The notes below the pieces were generated by a model. That model was not told the origin of the DNA and searched no databases. It saw nothing but the letters and a program-made list of their open reading frames with translations. A program made the translations under genes and the position numbers. A DNA stretch of 64,000 nt from Candidatus Taylorbacteria bacterium RIFCSPHIGHO2_12_FULL_45_16 (GTDB lineage Bacteria; Patescibacteriota; Minisyncoccia; Phycocordibacterales; PALSA-1337), in the NCBI GenBank assembly GCA_001821055.1, contig MHRT01000001.1, positions 27,868-91,867 on the forward strand. Reading direction: 5' to 3'. This document shows positions 29,989 to 38,995 of this stretch, piece after piece (position 1 is the stretch's first letter; each line of letters opens with the position of its first letter).

Positions 29989-30063
29989 CCCCCAATTGTA
30001 TCACCCAAAAAATTCTTGGGAACTTCCGTGACACTATTTTTTATTTCGCAATGCTATGTTTTA

Positions 30064-30096
30064 TGAAAAATACGGACCGAGCGCCCGTATTTTTCA
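30064..30096. terminator. Hairpin terminator downstream of the NYN gene
   Basis: GAAAAATACGG...CCGTATTTTTC. Confidence 0.6.
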
Positions 30097-30124
30097 GTTG
30101 TTAACAAGTTGTAAACACCTTCTC

Positions 30125-30646
30125 CTACCTCCTCCCTCCCGTCCTCAGCAAATATTTGCTCGAACTCTCATCCAAATCCATAAAATGGTCCGCGACCTCG
30201 ATGAGTTTTGCTGAAGTAGATTTGCCGAATGAAGCCACCTCTACCTGACAGCCCTGATTCATCTGCAGATATTCAACAAGTGGGCAAAAATCGCCGTCGC
30301 CGGTAATGAGGATGACCGAATCTAGTTTTGGCGACAATTTGACTGCGTCAATAGCTAGCCCAACATCCCAGTCGGCCTTTTTGGCTCCGGAACTGAAGAT
30401 CTGCAGGTCTTTGACTTTGGTTTCAATACCCATTTTGGTGAGTGCGTCGAAAAAGGCGTTTTCTTCGCCAGATTCGGTGGCGATGACATAGGCGACGGCG
30501 CGGACGAGCTTGCGGCCATCCATGGCGTCTTTGACGATTGCCCCAAAATTGACTTTGGAGTGATAGAGGTTTTTGGCGCTATGATAGAGATTTTGCGCGT
30601 CAATGAAAATGCCGACGCGTTGTTCTTTGTGTTTGATTATTGACAT
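30125..30646 (-). CDS. NYN domain (LabA/DUF88) protein
   Basis: FIDAQNLY, KADWDVGLAID, TGDGDF. Confidence 0.93.
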   Translation of the reverse strand: MSIIKHKEQRVGIFIDAQNLYHSAKNLYHSKVNFGAIVKDAMDGRKLVRAVAYVIATESGEENAFFDALTKMGIETKVKDLQIFSSGAKKADWDVGLAIDAVKLSPKLDSVILITGDGDFCPLVEYLQMNQGCQVEVASFGKSTSAKLIEVADHFMDLDESSSKYLLRTGGRR

Positions 30647-30853
30647 GAAAATAGATGAGAAATGTAAAATTGACCTATTAGACGAATCTGCTGATTCGAA
30701 AGCGCAAAGTTACATTTAAAATAGATTAAGCAACGTATTAAAAGATTGTTAATGGAAAGAACTATACACAAGTGTACACGCTAAAGAAGACATTGAAAAG
30801 TCCATATCGCATAAACTGAAAATGCAACTCAACTTTGCACTTCACACTTTTAA

Positions 30854-31120
30854 CTATTTCTTGAGGTCCAACTTCTTGATGATACTAGAATAACGACGAG
30901 GGTGGTTTTTCTTCAAATAAACGAGGTGAGTCTGGCGATCGGCGACCATACCGAGAAGTCCGCGGCGGGAATGGTTGTCTTTCTTGTGCTTCTTGAGATG
31001 GTCGCTCAGTTCGGTAATCCTTTTGGAAAGCAAAGCGACCTGAACCTCGGCAGAGCCGGTGTCCTTGGCGTGAACCGCTGTTTCCTTGATGATTTTGATT
31101 TTTTGTCGCGTAGTTAACAT
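30854..31120 (-). CDS. rpsO: 30S ribosomal protein S15
   Basis: DTGSAEVQVA, HKKDNHSRRGLL. Confidence 0.98.
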   Translation of the reverse strand: MLTTRQKIKIIKETAVHAKDTGSAEVQVALLSKRITELSDHLKKHKKDNHSRRGLLGMVADRQTHLVYLKKNHPRRYSSIIKKLDLKK

Positions 31121-31451
31121 CGTTGGAACATCATAGCATGAATAGGGAGAGGGCGCAAGGCGATTAAAAATGTCGTTTAACATAAAGAATTCAGCCCGAC
31201 CAGTGTCCCCATAAGGTTCACAGGCCGGGCTTTTTCATGAAGTATTGATTGAAATTTTGTACTTATCCAGACTCAATCGACTGACTCAATCCAAGTGGCT
31301 TCAAGGATTGCTTTTTTAGGGTTCTAAAGCTTTTGGGCTTTTGAATTATTAATACTTTTATTTTAAGCTATATTTTTCATATACATCGCGAAAAATATGC
31401 AGAATCTCTCGTAAGTGATTCCCTTTCACTTCTCCATGCTACAATGTACCC

Positions 31452-32405
31452 ATGTCGTACAATATCCGAGACCTCAAACAGCAGTTTTTGGAATATATCG
31501 AGATCGAACGCGGCCGGTCGGTAAAAACAGTGCGAAACTATGATTTTTTCCTTTCCAAATTCCTCAATTTTTCCAAGATCAAGATGCCCGAAGACATCAC
31601 TACCGATAAAGTCCGCGAGTTTCGTCTGTGGTTAAATCGTCAGCCTGGTTTCAAGAGCCCCACTGGCATCCAGACACTCAAAAAGAATACTCAAAATTAT
31701 CATCTGATTGCCCTGCGCCTATTTTTGAAATATCTAGGCAAGCGCCAAATCAAATCCTTACCTCCGGACATGATTGAGCTTGCCAAAGTCGGTCAGCGAC
31801 AGATCGATGTCATAACAGCCGAAGAACTGAAACGATTGTTGAATGCTCCTGATGGTGATGACCTTGCTTCTTTGCGAGATCGCGCCATGTTGGAAACACT
31901 TTTTTCAACAGGATTACGTGTAGCCGAACTCTGTTCCCTATCTCGAGATATTGATTTCAATGCCGATGAATTCTCCGTTCGTGGCAAAGGCGATAAAGTT
32001 CGAGTGGTCTTTCTTTCACTTGAGGCAAAAAAAGCCCTCAAGAAATATTTGGAAAAGCGCACTGATATGGGCGAGGCTCTTTTCGTAGAGATTAGTGAAC
32101 GCGTGAAGAAGGCAAATCCCAAGAATAAAAAAAGTGACCTGGATGTCGGCGATACCCCTCTCACCACTCGTTCTGTTGAACGTATTGTCAAGAAATATGC
32201 CATCAAGGCCGGGATTTCCAAGAAAGTTACTCCCCACACTATTCGTCATTGCTATGCTACCGACCTTCTAGGTAGTGGTGCCGATATTCGCTCAGTTCAG
32301 ATGCTCCTAGGGCATGCTAATATCAATACGACGCAGATTTATACTCATTTGACGGATACTCAACTAAAGAAAGTCCACCAGCAGTTTCATGGGAAGAGGA
32401 GGTAG
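31452..32405 (+). CDS. XerC/XerD-family tyrosine recombinase
   Basis: STGLRVAEL, GKGDKVR, TPHTIRH, LGHA...TTQIY catalytic set. Confidence 0.95.
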   Translation: MSYNIRDLKQQFLEYIEIERGRSVKTVRNYDFFLSKFLNFSKIKMPEDITTDKVREFRLWLNRQPGFKSPTGIQTLKKNTQNYHLIALRLFLKYLGKRQIKSLPPDMIELAKVGQRQIDVITAEELKRLLNAPDGDDLASLRDRAMLETLFSTGLRVAELCSLSRDIDFNADEFSVRGKGDKVRVVFLSLEAKKALKKYLEKRTDMGEALFVEISERVKKANPKNKKSDLDVGDTPLTTRSVERIVKKYAIKAGISKKVTPHTIRHCYATDLLGSGADIRSVQMLLGHANINTTQIYTHLTDTQLKKVHQQFHGKRR

Positions 32406-32481
32406 TTTTTTGAGCTGGAACCTTGGCGTTTGGAAATTTTTCCCTCTTCCCTTATTTCCCTCTTTCCTTCATACTATCCCC

Positions 32482-33297
32482 ATGCGCCTCATCTCCTGGA
32501 ATGTCAACGGCATCCGTGCAGTCATCAAGAAAGATGAATTTTTGCCATTCATCAAAAAATATCAGCCCGATATTCTCTGTTTGCAAGAAACCAAGGCTGA
32601 GCAAGGTCAAGCCGTGATTGATCTACCTGAATATGAAGAATATTGGAACTCGGCCGTAAAAAATGGCTACTCTGGTACGGCTATTTTCACAAAGATAAAA
32701 CCAATGACGGTAATTAATGGTCTTCCGGACAAAATTTGCGCCAAATTTGGTCTGGCGGCCGATGAATATGGAGACCCACGTACCGAAGGCAGGGTGATTG
32801 CCGCGGAATTCGCTGATTTCTATGTAGTCACTGTCTACACTCCCAATGCCAAAGAGGATTTGAGTCGAATTCCCCTTCGCCATAAACGATGGGATCCTGC
32901 ATTCCTGGCCTATTGCAAGGAACTTGAGTCAAATAGTTCTATAGGCTCACCACATGGCAAGCCCGTTATTTTTTGCGGCGATCTCAATGTGGCCCATACG
33001 CCTGATGACCTCGCTCGACCCAAAGAAAATGAAGGTCTCAAGGGATTTACTAGAGAGGAACGAGAAGGTTTTGATAATATGGTTGACGCCGGTTTCATCG
33101 ACACTTTCAGGATGTTCAAAAAAGGCAATGGTTTCTATACCTGGTGGTCAAATTGGTCCAATGCTCGTGGGCGTAATATTGGCTGGAGGATTGATTACAT
33201 TCTCGTTTCAAAAACCTTGAAAGATAAGATCAAAAAAGCAGAAATTTTGGATGAAGTGATGGGTTCGGATCATTGTCCAGTGATGGTTGAGTTGTAA
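32482..33297 (+). CDS. xth: Exodeoxyribonuclease III (AP endonuclease)
   Basis: SWNVNG, LQETK, GDLNVAH, GWRIDY, SDHCP. Confidence 0.97.
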   Translation: MRLISWNVNGIRAVIKKDEFLPFIKKYQPDILCLQETKAEQGQAVIDLPEYEEYWNSAVKNGYSGTAIFTKIKPMTVINGLPDKICAKFGLAADEYGDPRTEGRVIAAEFADFYVVTVYTPNAKEDLSRIPLRHKRWDPAFLAYCKELESNSSIGSPHGKPVIFCGDLNVAHTPDDLARPKENEGLKGFTREEREGFDNMVDAGFIDTFRMFKKGNGFYTWWSNWSNARGRNIGWRIDYILVSKTLKDKIKKAEILDEVMGSDHCPVMVEL

Positions 33298-33469
33298 TTT
33301 TTCAATTATGTCGCTATCTCATTCTTACCTTGTAGTTTTTTGAAATCTAGTTGTCTAAATCCCAAACTCTGTCGCGTTACTCCAATCCATCTAGAAACTA
33401 CCCAAAATCATTGGGTAGTTTTACGTTGTGGTTGAGCCGTAATATGTAAAATTCGGGAAAATCTGGTGT

Positions 33470-34000
33470 AAAGAAAAGCCGCGTTAAGCAGCAATTTCAG
33501 ATGGAAAAAGTGTCAACGCGGCTACTAGTGAAGTCGCGAAGAATGAAAGAGCTTGGGTCCACAGACCCGGCAGATTCAAATGGTGAATCTGGTGCGTCCT
33601 GATGATTCCTAAGTTGACGGTGTGCACTGTATCTTAAAGAAAGTGCTCTCCCAAAGGAGGCGTAATTGTGTTTGAGACAAGTACACCGTCATATTCCTAG
33701 CAACTATTGGCCGCAAAAATTTCTTCGCGCTTCTAAGTGTGAAGCCTACCCTGAGTTTTAAGGATCAAATGTTTGTTTTGATCGCAGGAAAATGATACTA
33801 AAACTTATTCTGATATTCCCATTACACAAACTCCCCAGAAATTTTTCGTATCATTTTTCTGCGATCACCTCGGATAACAAACGAGTCTACAAATATTGTA
33901 TGTCCTTTATAAGTTTCTGTAAAGGACATAATTGTGGATAACCAGGTCTTTGAGAAATACATATAGGACAAGGTATTTTGCCGGACTAAATGTCCTTCAA
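33470..34000 (+). ncRNA. Candidate large structured ncRNA of unknown class
   Basis: Seven or more stems, some nested; G-U pairs all compatible with the + strand; no ORF. Confidence 0.45.
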
Positions 34001-34009
34001 CACTCTGTT

Positions 34010-35503
34010 TTACTGCACAAAATGTTTCTTTCTAATCTCTTTGAGATTTTCCTCATCAACCTCTTCTCTCTTCTCTCTTCCTTTTTCTGCCAACTTGATG
34101 AGTTCATTTTCAGGTAATGTAAAAAGCTTCCTGGATTTTTCTTCCAAATATTTTATGGTATTTAACTTTGGGTTATCAAGCACTTCTTCCATGAGGGCAT
34201 TCAGAATTAACCCAACCTTCGGTCCGGCCGAGATTTCACCTATCTCCATGATTCTCTTGCCATCAATCTTTAACATACCTACCGAGACTGGATCTCGGAG
34301 AGCCTCTTCAACCATAGATTTGTACTTACGGAGTCGGTATGGGTCGGCCTTAGGCCTTCCAGTACCTATTCGGTCACAAATACGAACGTTCATCAGGTCC
34401 CAGATGTTATCTTTGCCTACATTCACAATCATTCGTCTAACAGCTGAAAGTGTAATCATCTCAGTATCCGCAAAAAACATATGCCAACGTACAAGTTTAG
34501 TCACTTTTTCTGTTATTTCACGTGAAAATTTCATTCTTTGAAGTATTTTACGTGTTTCACGTGAACCAACTATCTCATGCCCATAGAAAGTAGGCTGTTT
34601 TGTTTCTTGTGAAACACCCTTAGTTTGGGGTTTAGATATGTCATGAAATAGGGCAGAAAGCCTTATTTCTAGGCCCCAATTGCTGTCTGCGGCGTGCTGT
34701 AGAGAGCGCAAAAGGTGTTCCCAGACCGTGAAAACATGGGCTTGGTTCTGTTGTACTCCAATTCCGGACTCTAATTCAGGTATGAAATATTTTAATAAAC
34801 CAGTTTCTTGAAGGAGTTCAATTCCAAGTTTCGGAGCAGGAGACATGATTATTTTCACGAGTTCTTCGCGGATTCGCTCAATGGAGATTTCCTTTATAGT
34901 CTGGCTAAGCGATTTTATAGCTGAAAATGTGTCCTTTTCGATTGTGAAACCAAGTTCAACCGCGAATCGGACGGCTCTGATCATCCGTAGAGCATCTTCA
35001 TTAAATCGGTCTTGGGCTCTTCCAACAGTTCTGATAGTTTTGTCCTTTATGTCCGCAAAACCACTATACAGGTCAATTATGTCCTTTATAGCTCCATTCG
35101 AAAGAGACACTGCCACGGCGTTGACCGTGAAATCTCGACGCTGGAGGTCGTTCTCTATCCTGTCGCTGAACTTTACCTTGTCTGGATGACGACGGTCAGA
35201 GTAATTCGACTCGAGACGATATGGTGTCACCTCGACATTCCGCAGAGTCAGGTCTTCCGTGACTTCATTGATCACGACGACGGTTCCGAAGACATTTTCA
35301 TAGACGGTTTTCACGAAAAGTCCCTGGATTTGCTCCGGTGTGGCGTTGGTGGTCACGTCCCAGTCCTTTGGAATTCTCCCTAGAAACAGATCACGGACAC
35401 ACCCGCCCACCAAAAATGCCTGAAAACCCGCTTTTTCCAATGTCTCGACAATGGCGACAATCTCCCCGGGAATGGGGCTATTTTTTACGATTTTAGTAGG
35501 CAT
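34010..35503 (-). CDS. cca: CCA tRNA nucleotidyltransferase with HD domain
   Basis: VGGCVRD, DWD, RRDFTVNA, EDALRMIRA, FHDISKP, YGHE. Confidence 0.93.
   Translation of the reverse strand: MPTKIVKNSPIPGEIVAIVETLEKAGFQAFLVGGCVRDLFLGRIPKDWDVTTNATPEQIQGLFVKTVYENVFGTVVVINEVTEDLTLRNVEVTPYRLESNYSDRRHPDKVKFSDRIENDLQRRDFTVNAVAVSLSNGAIKDIIDLYSGFADIKDKTIRTVGRAQDRFNEDALRMIRAVRFAVELGFTIEKDTFSAIKSLSQTIKEISIERIREELVKIIMSPAPKLGIELLQETGLLKYFIPELESGIGVQQNQAHVFTVWEHLLRSLQHAADSNWGLEIRLSALFHDISKPQTKGVSQETKQPTFYGHEIVGSRETRKILQRMKFSREITEKVTKLVRWHMFFADTEMITLSAVRRMIVNVGKDNIWDLMNVRICDRIGTGRPKADPYRLRKYKSMVEEALRDPVSVGMLKIDGKRIMEIGEISAGPKVGLILNALMEEVLDNPKLNTIKYLEEKSRKLFTLPENELIKLAEKGREKREEVDEENLKEIRKKHFVQ
34514..34616. 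promoter_or_regulatory. Cluster of three parS-like sites inside cca
   Basis: TATTTCACGTGAAAAT 34514, TGTTTCACGTGAACCA 34553, TGTTTCTTGTGAAACA 34601 versus consensus TGTTTCACGTGAAACA. Confidence 0.7.
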
Positions 35504-35585
35504 TGCAGAGGTATTGTAGTACAACTTGGGATTTTCCGCTAACTAAGCTAGTATGTAGAAGTTACGCTCGCACAAAATAATATAC

Positions 35586-35661
35586 GCGCCCGTGGCTCAA
35601 AGGATAGAGCACTTGGCTTCGGACCAAGGGGTTGGGGGTTCGAGTCCCTCCGGGCGCACCA
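35586..35661 (+). tRNA. tRNA-Arg (anticodon TCG), CCA encoded
   Basis: Cloverleaf GCGCCCG...CTTGG-CTTCGGA-CCAAG...TTCGAGT...CGGGCGC-ACCA. Confidence 0.96.
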
Positions 35662-36012
35662 TTCCACCAGTAGTTCTTTGAATGAGATACGATACCCACG
35701 CCGGATTACCTCACGGAGTCGTCCAAGATTCATGTGCATCACACCCTTTTGTCCAGCTACTGTAGACAATGTTCTTTGGGTAGCAATCGATTTGACCGGT
35801 ATCATTCCTGAATGATCTATATCAGGTCTGCAATTCTGATGTCAAACGTAATATAAATTCGATTGTATTAGGTGTTTCATATATGCTTATGAAGCGCTTG
35901 AGATGTCGTATTACGAAAAAAGTTCTGCCAGTAATGTTGATATTTTTGTAAATTATTAGAATGTACGCTATACTCTCGCTTACAGTAACTTTGTGCTTGA
36001 TTTTGTACTTCA

Positions 36013-36047
36013 CACTTAGCACTTAGCACTTAGCATTTTGCACTTTT
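36013..36047. repeat. Heptamer tandem repeat (CACTTAG)3 plus degenerate copies
   Basis: Directly upstream of tRNA-Gly. Confidence 0.8.
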
Positions 36048-36051
36048 CATC

Positions 36052-36125
36052 GCGGGTATAGTTTAGTGGTAGAATGCGTCCTTGCCAAGGACGAGATGGG
36101 AGTTCGATTCTCCCTACCCGCACCA
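36052..36125 (+). tRNA. tRNA-Gly (GCC), CCA encoded
   Basis: GCGGGTA...CGTCC-TTGCCAA-GGACG...TTCGATT...TACCCGC-ACCA. Confidence 0.96.
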
Positions 36126-36314
36126 AGAAATGGGGACAAGTCTGTGTATAAGGGGTATAAAAGACAGAAAAAATGGCTTAGAATCGTGAAATTTGAGTCT
36201 TATATATTCACAGATTTAGTTAATCCTTATTTATAGGGCTATTCTAGCGGACTAAGTTTAAAAGTCAGGACAAATGTGTTGAGATTTGAAATTTAAGGAG
36301 GGATTAATATTCCG

Positions 36315-36755
36315 ATGGTAATTCATACGCGGACAAAAGGGAATATAGGAGAAAACGTCGCCTGCACCTTCCTTGAAAGGAAGGGTTTCATTATCCTTGA
36401 TCGAAATTATTCAAGAAAATGGGGAGAGCTAGACATTATTGGTCAAAAGGACGATGTCATTCACTTTTTTGAGGTAAAAAGTGTTACGGATAATTTTTCC
36501 AGCAATTCTAGTGGTCCAGCAGTTATCGGAGCCATTTCCAGGGAAATTTCCGACATAAAGATTACAAGCGTACACAAACCAGAAGAGAATGTTCATGGCC
36601 TGAAAATTAGGCATATTCGCAGGATGGTGGAAACTTATTTGGCTGAAGAAAAGTATGGACTAGACGTAGAATTCCAATTTCATATACTTTCCGTCTACAT
36701 GAACGAGAAAACCCGCCGAGCTCGGGTAAAATGGCTCAAAAACGTGATTTTGTAG
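36315..36755 (+). CDS. YraN family endonuclease
   Basis: GNIGE..A..FL...G..ILDRNY..KWGELDII....FFEVK. Confidence 0.9.
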   Translation: MVIHTRTKGNIGENVACTFLERKGFIILDRNYSRKWGELDIIGQKDDVIHFFEVKSVTDNFSSNSSGPAVIGAISREISDIKITSVHKPEENVHGLKIRHIRRMVETYLAEEKYGLDVEFQFHILSVYMNEKTRRARVKWLKNVIL

Positions 36756-36790
36756 AAGGTATGTGCTAGGATAGGTCAATCACGAGATAG

Positions 36791-36863
36791 CGGAGCGTGG
36801 TGTAACGGCTAACATTTCTGTTTTGGGAACAGAAGACTCCGGGTTCGAATCCCGGCGCTCCGA
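36791..36863 (+). tRNA. tRNA-Pro (TGG), CCA not encoded
   Basis: CGGAGCG...TCTGT-TTTGGGA-ACAGA...CCGGG-TTCGAAT-CCCGG-CGCTCCG-A. Confidence 0.95.
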
Positions 36864-36944
36864 CAAGTGGTGAATTATGAATGTGTTAGTATAAGTATTG
36901 ACCTATGATCAATGAACTGAGAATAATCCCTAATCCATAAAGTA

Positions 36945-37379
36945 ATGTTCAGATCCATCTTTAATTTCTTCGATAAGTTTGAGGATCACATACGTGGTCG
37001 TTTGAGTCGTTCCCCAATCTTCTATACAATTATTGGTGGTGTGGCAATCGTGCTGTTTTGGCGCGGAGTTTGGCACACGGCTGATTTGTTGCAGGCCAAA
37101 GGTGGAGTACTCGGTTTCCTTTTTTATGAGCCGATCAATCTGCTTATTGTCGTTGGAATTCTTCTGGCCACAGGACTTTTCGTTTCTTACTTTATCGGCG
37201 ACACGATATTGATTAGTGGTTTGCGTAAGGAGAAAAAACTTCATGAAAAAACCACCAAAGAGATCAAGGAAGAAGAAGCGACTCTCAATGACATAAAAAA
37301 AGTGGTCAAAGAACTCAAGCATGAGGTTGATGAGATCAAGGATGTGGTCGAAGAAGACCACAAAGTTCATCACGGGTAG
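36945..37379 (+). CDS. Conserved two-TM membrane protein with coiled-coil tail
   Basis: FFDKFED..R..LS, IVLFWRGVWH. Confidence 0.8.
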   Translation: MFRSIFNFFDKFEDHIRGRLSRSPIFYTIIGGVAIVLFWRGVWHTADLLQAKGGVLGFLFYEPINLLIVVGILLATGLFVSYFIGDTILISGLRKEKKLHEKTTKEIKEEEATLNDIKKVVKELKHEVDEIKDVVEEDHKVHHG

Positions 37380-37430
37380 GGGAAGTAGAAAACTGTACAA
37401 AATGCATTTGAGAATATATACTTTGTTCGT

Positions 37431-38105
37431 ATGTATTCAAAAGATCTGAAAATCAAGGGCAAGCTCCTTCGTGAACAGGGTTATTCCTACGCCTATATTT
37501 CAGGGCGATTAAAAGTCGCAAAGAGCACCCTTAGTATATGGCTGAAAGATGTAAGATTCTTCCCGAATTCCGTCACGAAAAATAGTATAATTAATTCTCA
37601 AAAACAAGTTGTCCTTACTCGCAGAGCTGACAAGGCTAGATCCATTGAGGAGGCTGAAAGATACGCTGGGGATTCAGTGGGAAAATTATCTAGCCGAGAT
37701 GTTTTCCTATTGGGGATAGGAATATATATCGGCGAAGGTAGTAAGGCATTTAACACTACTCGAATTGTGAATTCAGATCCGCGGATCATCAAATTTTCTC
37801 TTGCATGGCTTAAAAAATGTTTTGGTGTCAAAGCTGACAATATACGCATACGTTTGCATGTATATCCGGATACGAATTCGGAGAAAGCCGTCGCGTATTG
37901 GATGAAAGAGCTTGATGTGAGTAAAAAAGTATTTCAAACATCGTATGTAGATCGTCGTCTGAATAAAAAGAAAAGCCGGGCTGGAGTGTTGCCATACGGG
38001 ACTGCTCATATGACAGTAGTAAGCAACGGAAATAAAAATTTTGGAGTCTTGTTACATCGAAAGATTCTTGCTACGATTGACCGTATTCTCACGATGCGGG
38101 ATTAA
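37431..38105 (+). CDS. HTH + LAGLIDADG-like domain protein abutting a tRNA
   Basis: LREQGYSY..I...LKVAKSTLS.W (HTH); IYIGEGSK...NSDP; YW; YGT. Confidence 0.75.
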   Translation: MYSKDLKIKGKLLREQGYSYAYISGRLKVAKSTLSIWLKDVRFFPNSVTKNSIINSQKQVVLTRRADKARSIEEAERYAGDSVGKLSSRDVFLLGIGIYIGEGSKAFNTTRIVNSDPRIIKFSLAWLKKCFGVKADNIRIRLHVYPDTNSEKAVAYWMKELDVSKKVFQTSYVDRRLNKKKSRAGVLPYGTAHMTVVSNGNKNFGVLLHRKILATIDRILTMRD

Positions 38106-38166
38106 TTTAGTGGCAGAATAACACACTTCCAATGTGTAGACGCGAGTTCGATTCTCGCATCCCGCA
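38096..38166 (+). tRNA. tRNA-Gly (TCC), CCA not encoded
   Basis: GCGGGAT...ACACA-CTTCCAA-TGTGT...GCGAG-TTCGATT-CTCGC-ATCCCGC-A. Confidence 0.93.
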
Positions 38167-38739
38167 CAAATGATCTAAGGCGATGCCGATGAATAAGAAT
38201 GACAATAAAAACAGCCCCCAATTTCTTGAGGACGTGGCGCCAGGAATTCATTTCGGCTATGGAGCCGTGAATAGCTCGGCTGGTTCGACGATGTGTTCTG
38301 CGCCGCCCATGATCATACTAGGAACATAGATAGTGACCTGGCGCCGACTCGAAACTTTTTTGATTAGGCCTGGCGCATACATTTTCAGATCGTCTTTTTT
38401 TTGGATAAGGCCAAGGTTATCCCACGCGACCCACTTCCCGATTTTTTGGCGCAAAGACAAGAGTGTCAGTTCCTGAAATGAACGCCACACAAAGTGGCTC
38501 TTACTTTTACGTTTTTTTATTTTCATAGATGTCCACCTAGAAAGGATACTATTACCAAATTTGTGAATAGTCAATTGCGTGCTCGAGAAATATGACCCTA
38601 TGTCGATCCGGCGGTCTACTCTATTTGGTGTTTCACCAAAATAGCCTTACAATGTCTTACGTCAGCCAGTCCGAGACGCGGATGGGTCACAAATTAGTCA
38701 TTAAAAATAAAAAATCATGCCAATTCAATTTAACAAATC

Positions 38740-38990
38740 TCTATCAAGAAGCTTCGGGAACCGGCATTTTCTTCTATGCCGTGGCAGTGATTAGTTCAGC
38801 AAATGGATATATTAGCACAAACGATATTTTCCTCGGCGACCGCATCGTTCCACAGAATATTCGCATCACAAATGGGGAAGCGGCAGTGAATTATGCCACG
38901 CGCAAATATAACGATCCGATGACTGCTGATCCGTCCGTTGGAGTAACGAAGTATTTGAAGATGGTGAATGGGGAGTTGGTGGAGGGGTAG
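38740..38990 (+). pseudogene. C-terminal fragment of an exported/lipoprotein family
   Basis: SGTGIFFY...TNDIFLGDRIVPQ...VNYA.R...PM..PS with no plausible N-terminus or signal peptide. Confidence 0.45.
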
Positions 38991-38995
38991 GTATT

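Noticed and set aside
31452-32405. Prophage/ICE integrase
   Set aside because: Sequence is XerC/D-like and sits among housekeeping genes; no att repeats or recognisable dif site
33592-33620. GTGCG after a hairpin (group II intron start) and CTGATGA (hammerhead core)
   Set aside because: No domain V with catalytic bulge downstream, no RT ORF, and no stem II-GAAA completing a hammerhead
33470-34000. RNase P RNA, tmRNA or group I intron identity for the structured region
   Set aside because: Diagnostic motifs (GAGGAAAGUCC, tRNA-like ends with CCA, R/S elements in correct order) not found on either strand
35548-36022. Minus-strand ORFs between and over the tRNAs
   Set aside because: Antisense to tRNA-Arg or built from heptamer repeats; no recognisable motifs
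38257-38574. 105-aa minus-strand ORF downstream of tRNA-Gly
   Set aside because: No recognisable motif or clear start; cannot be supported as a gene
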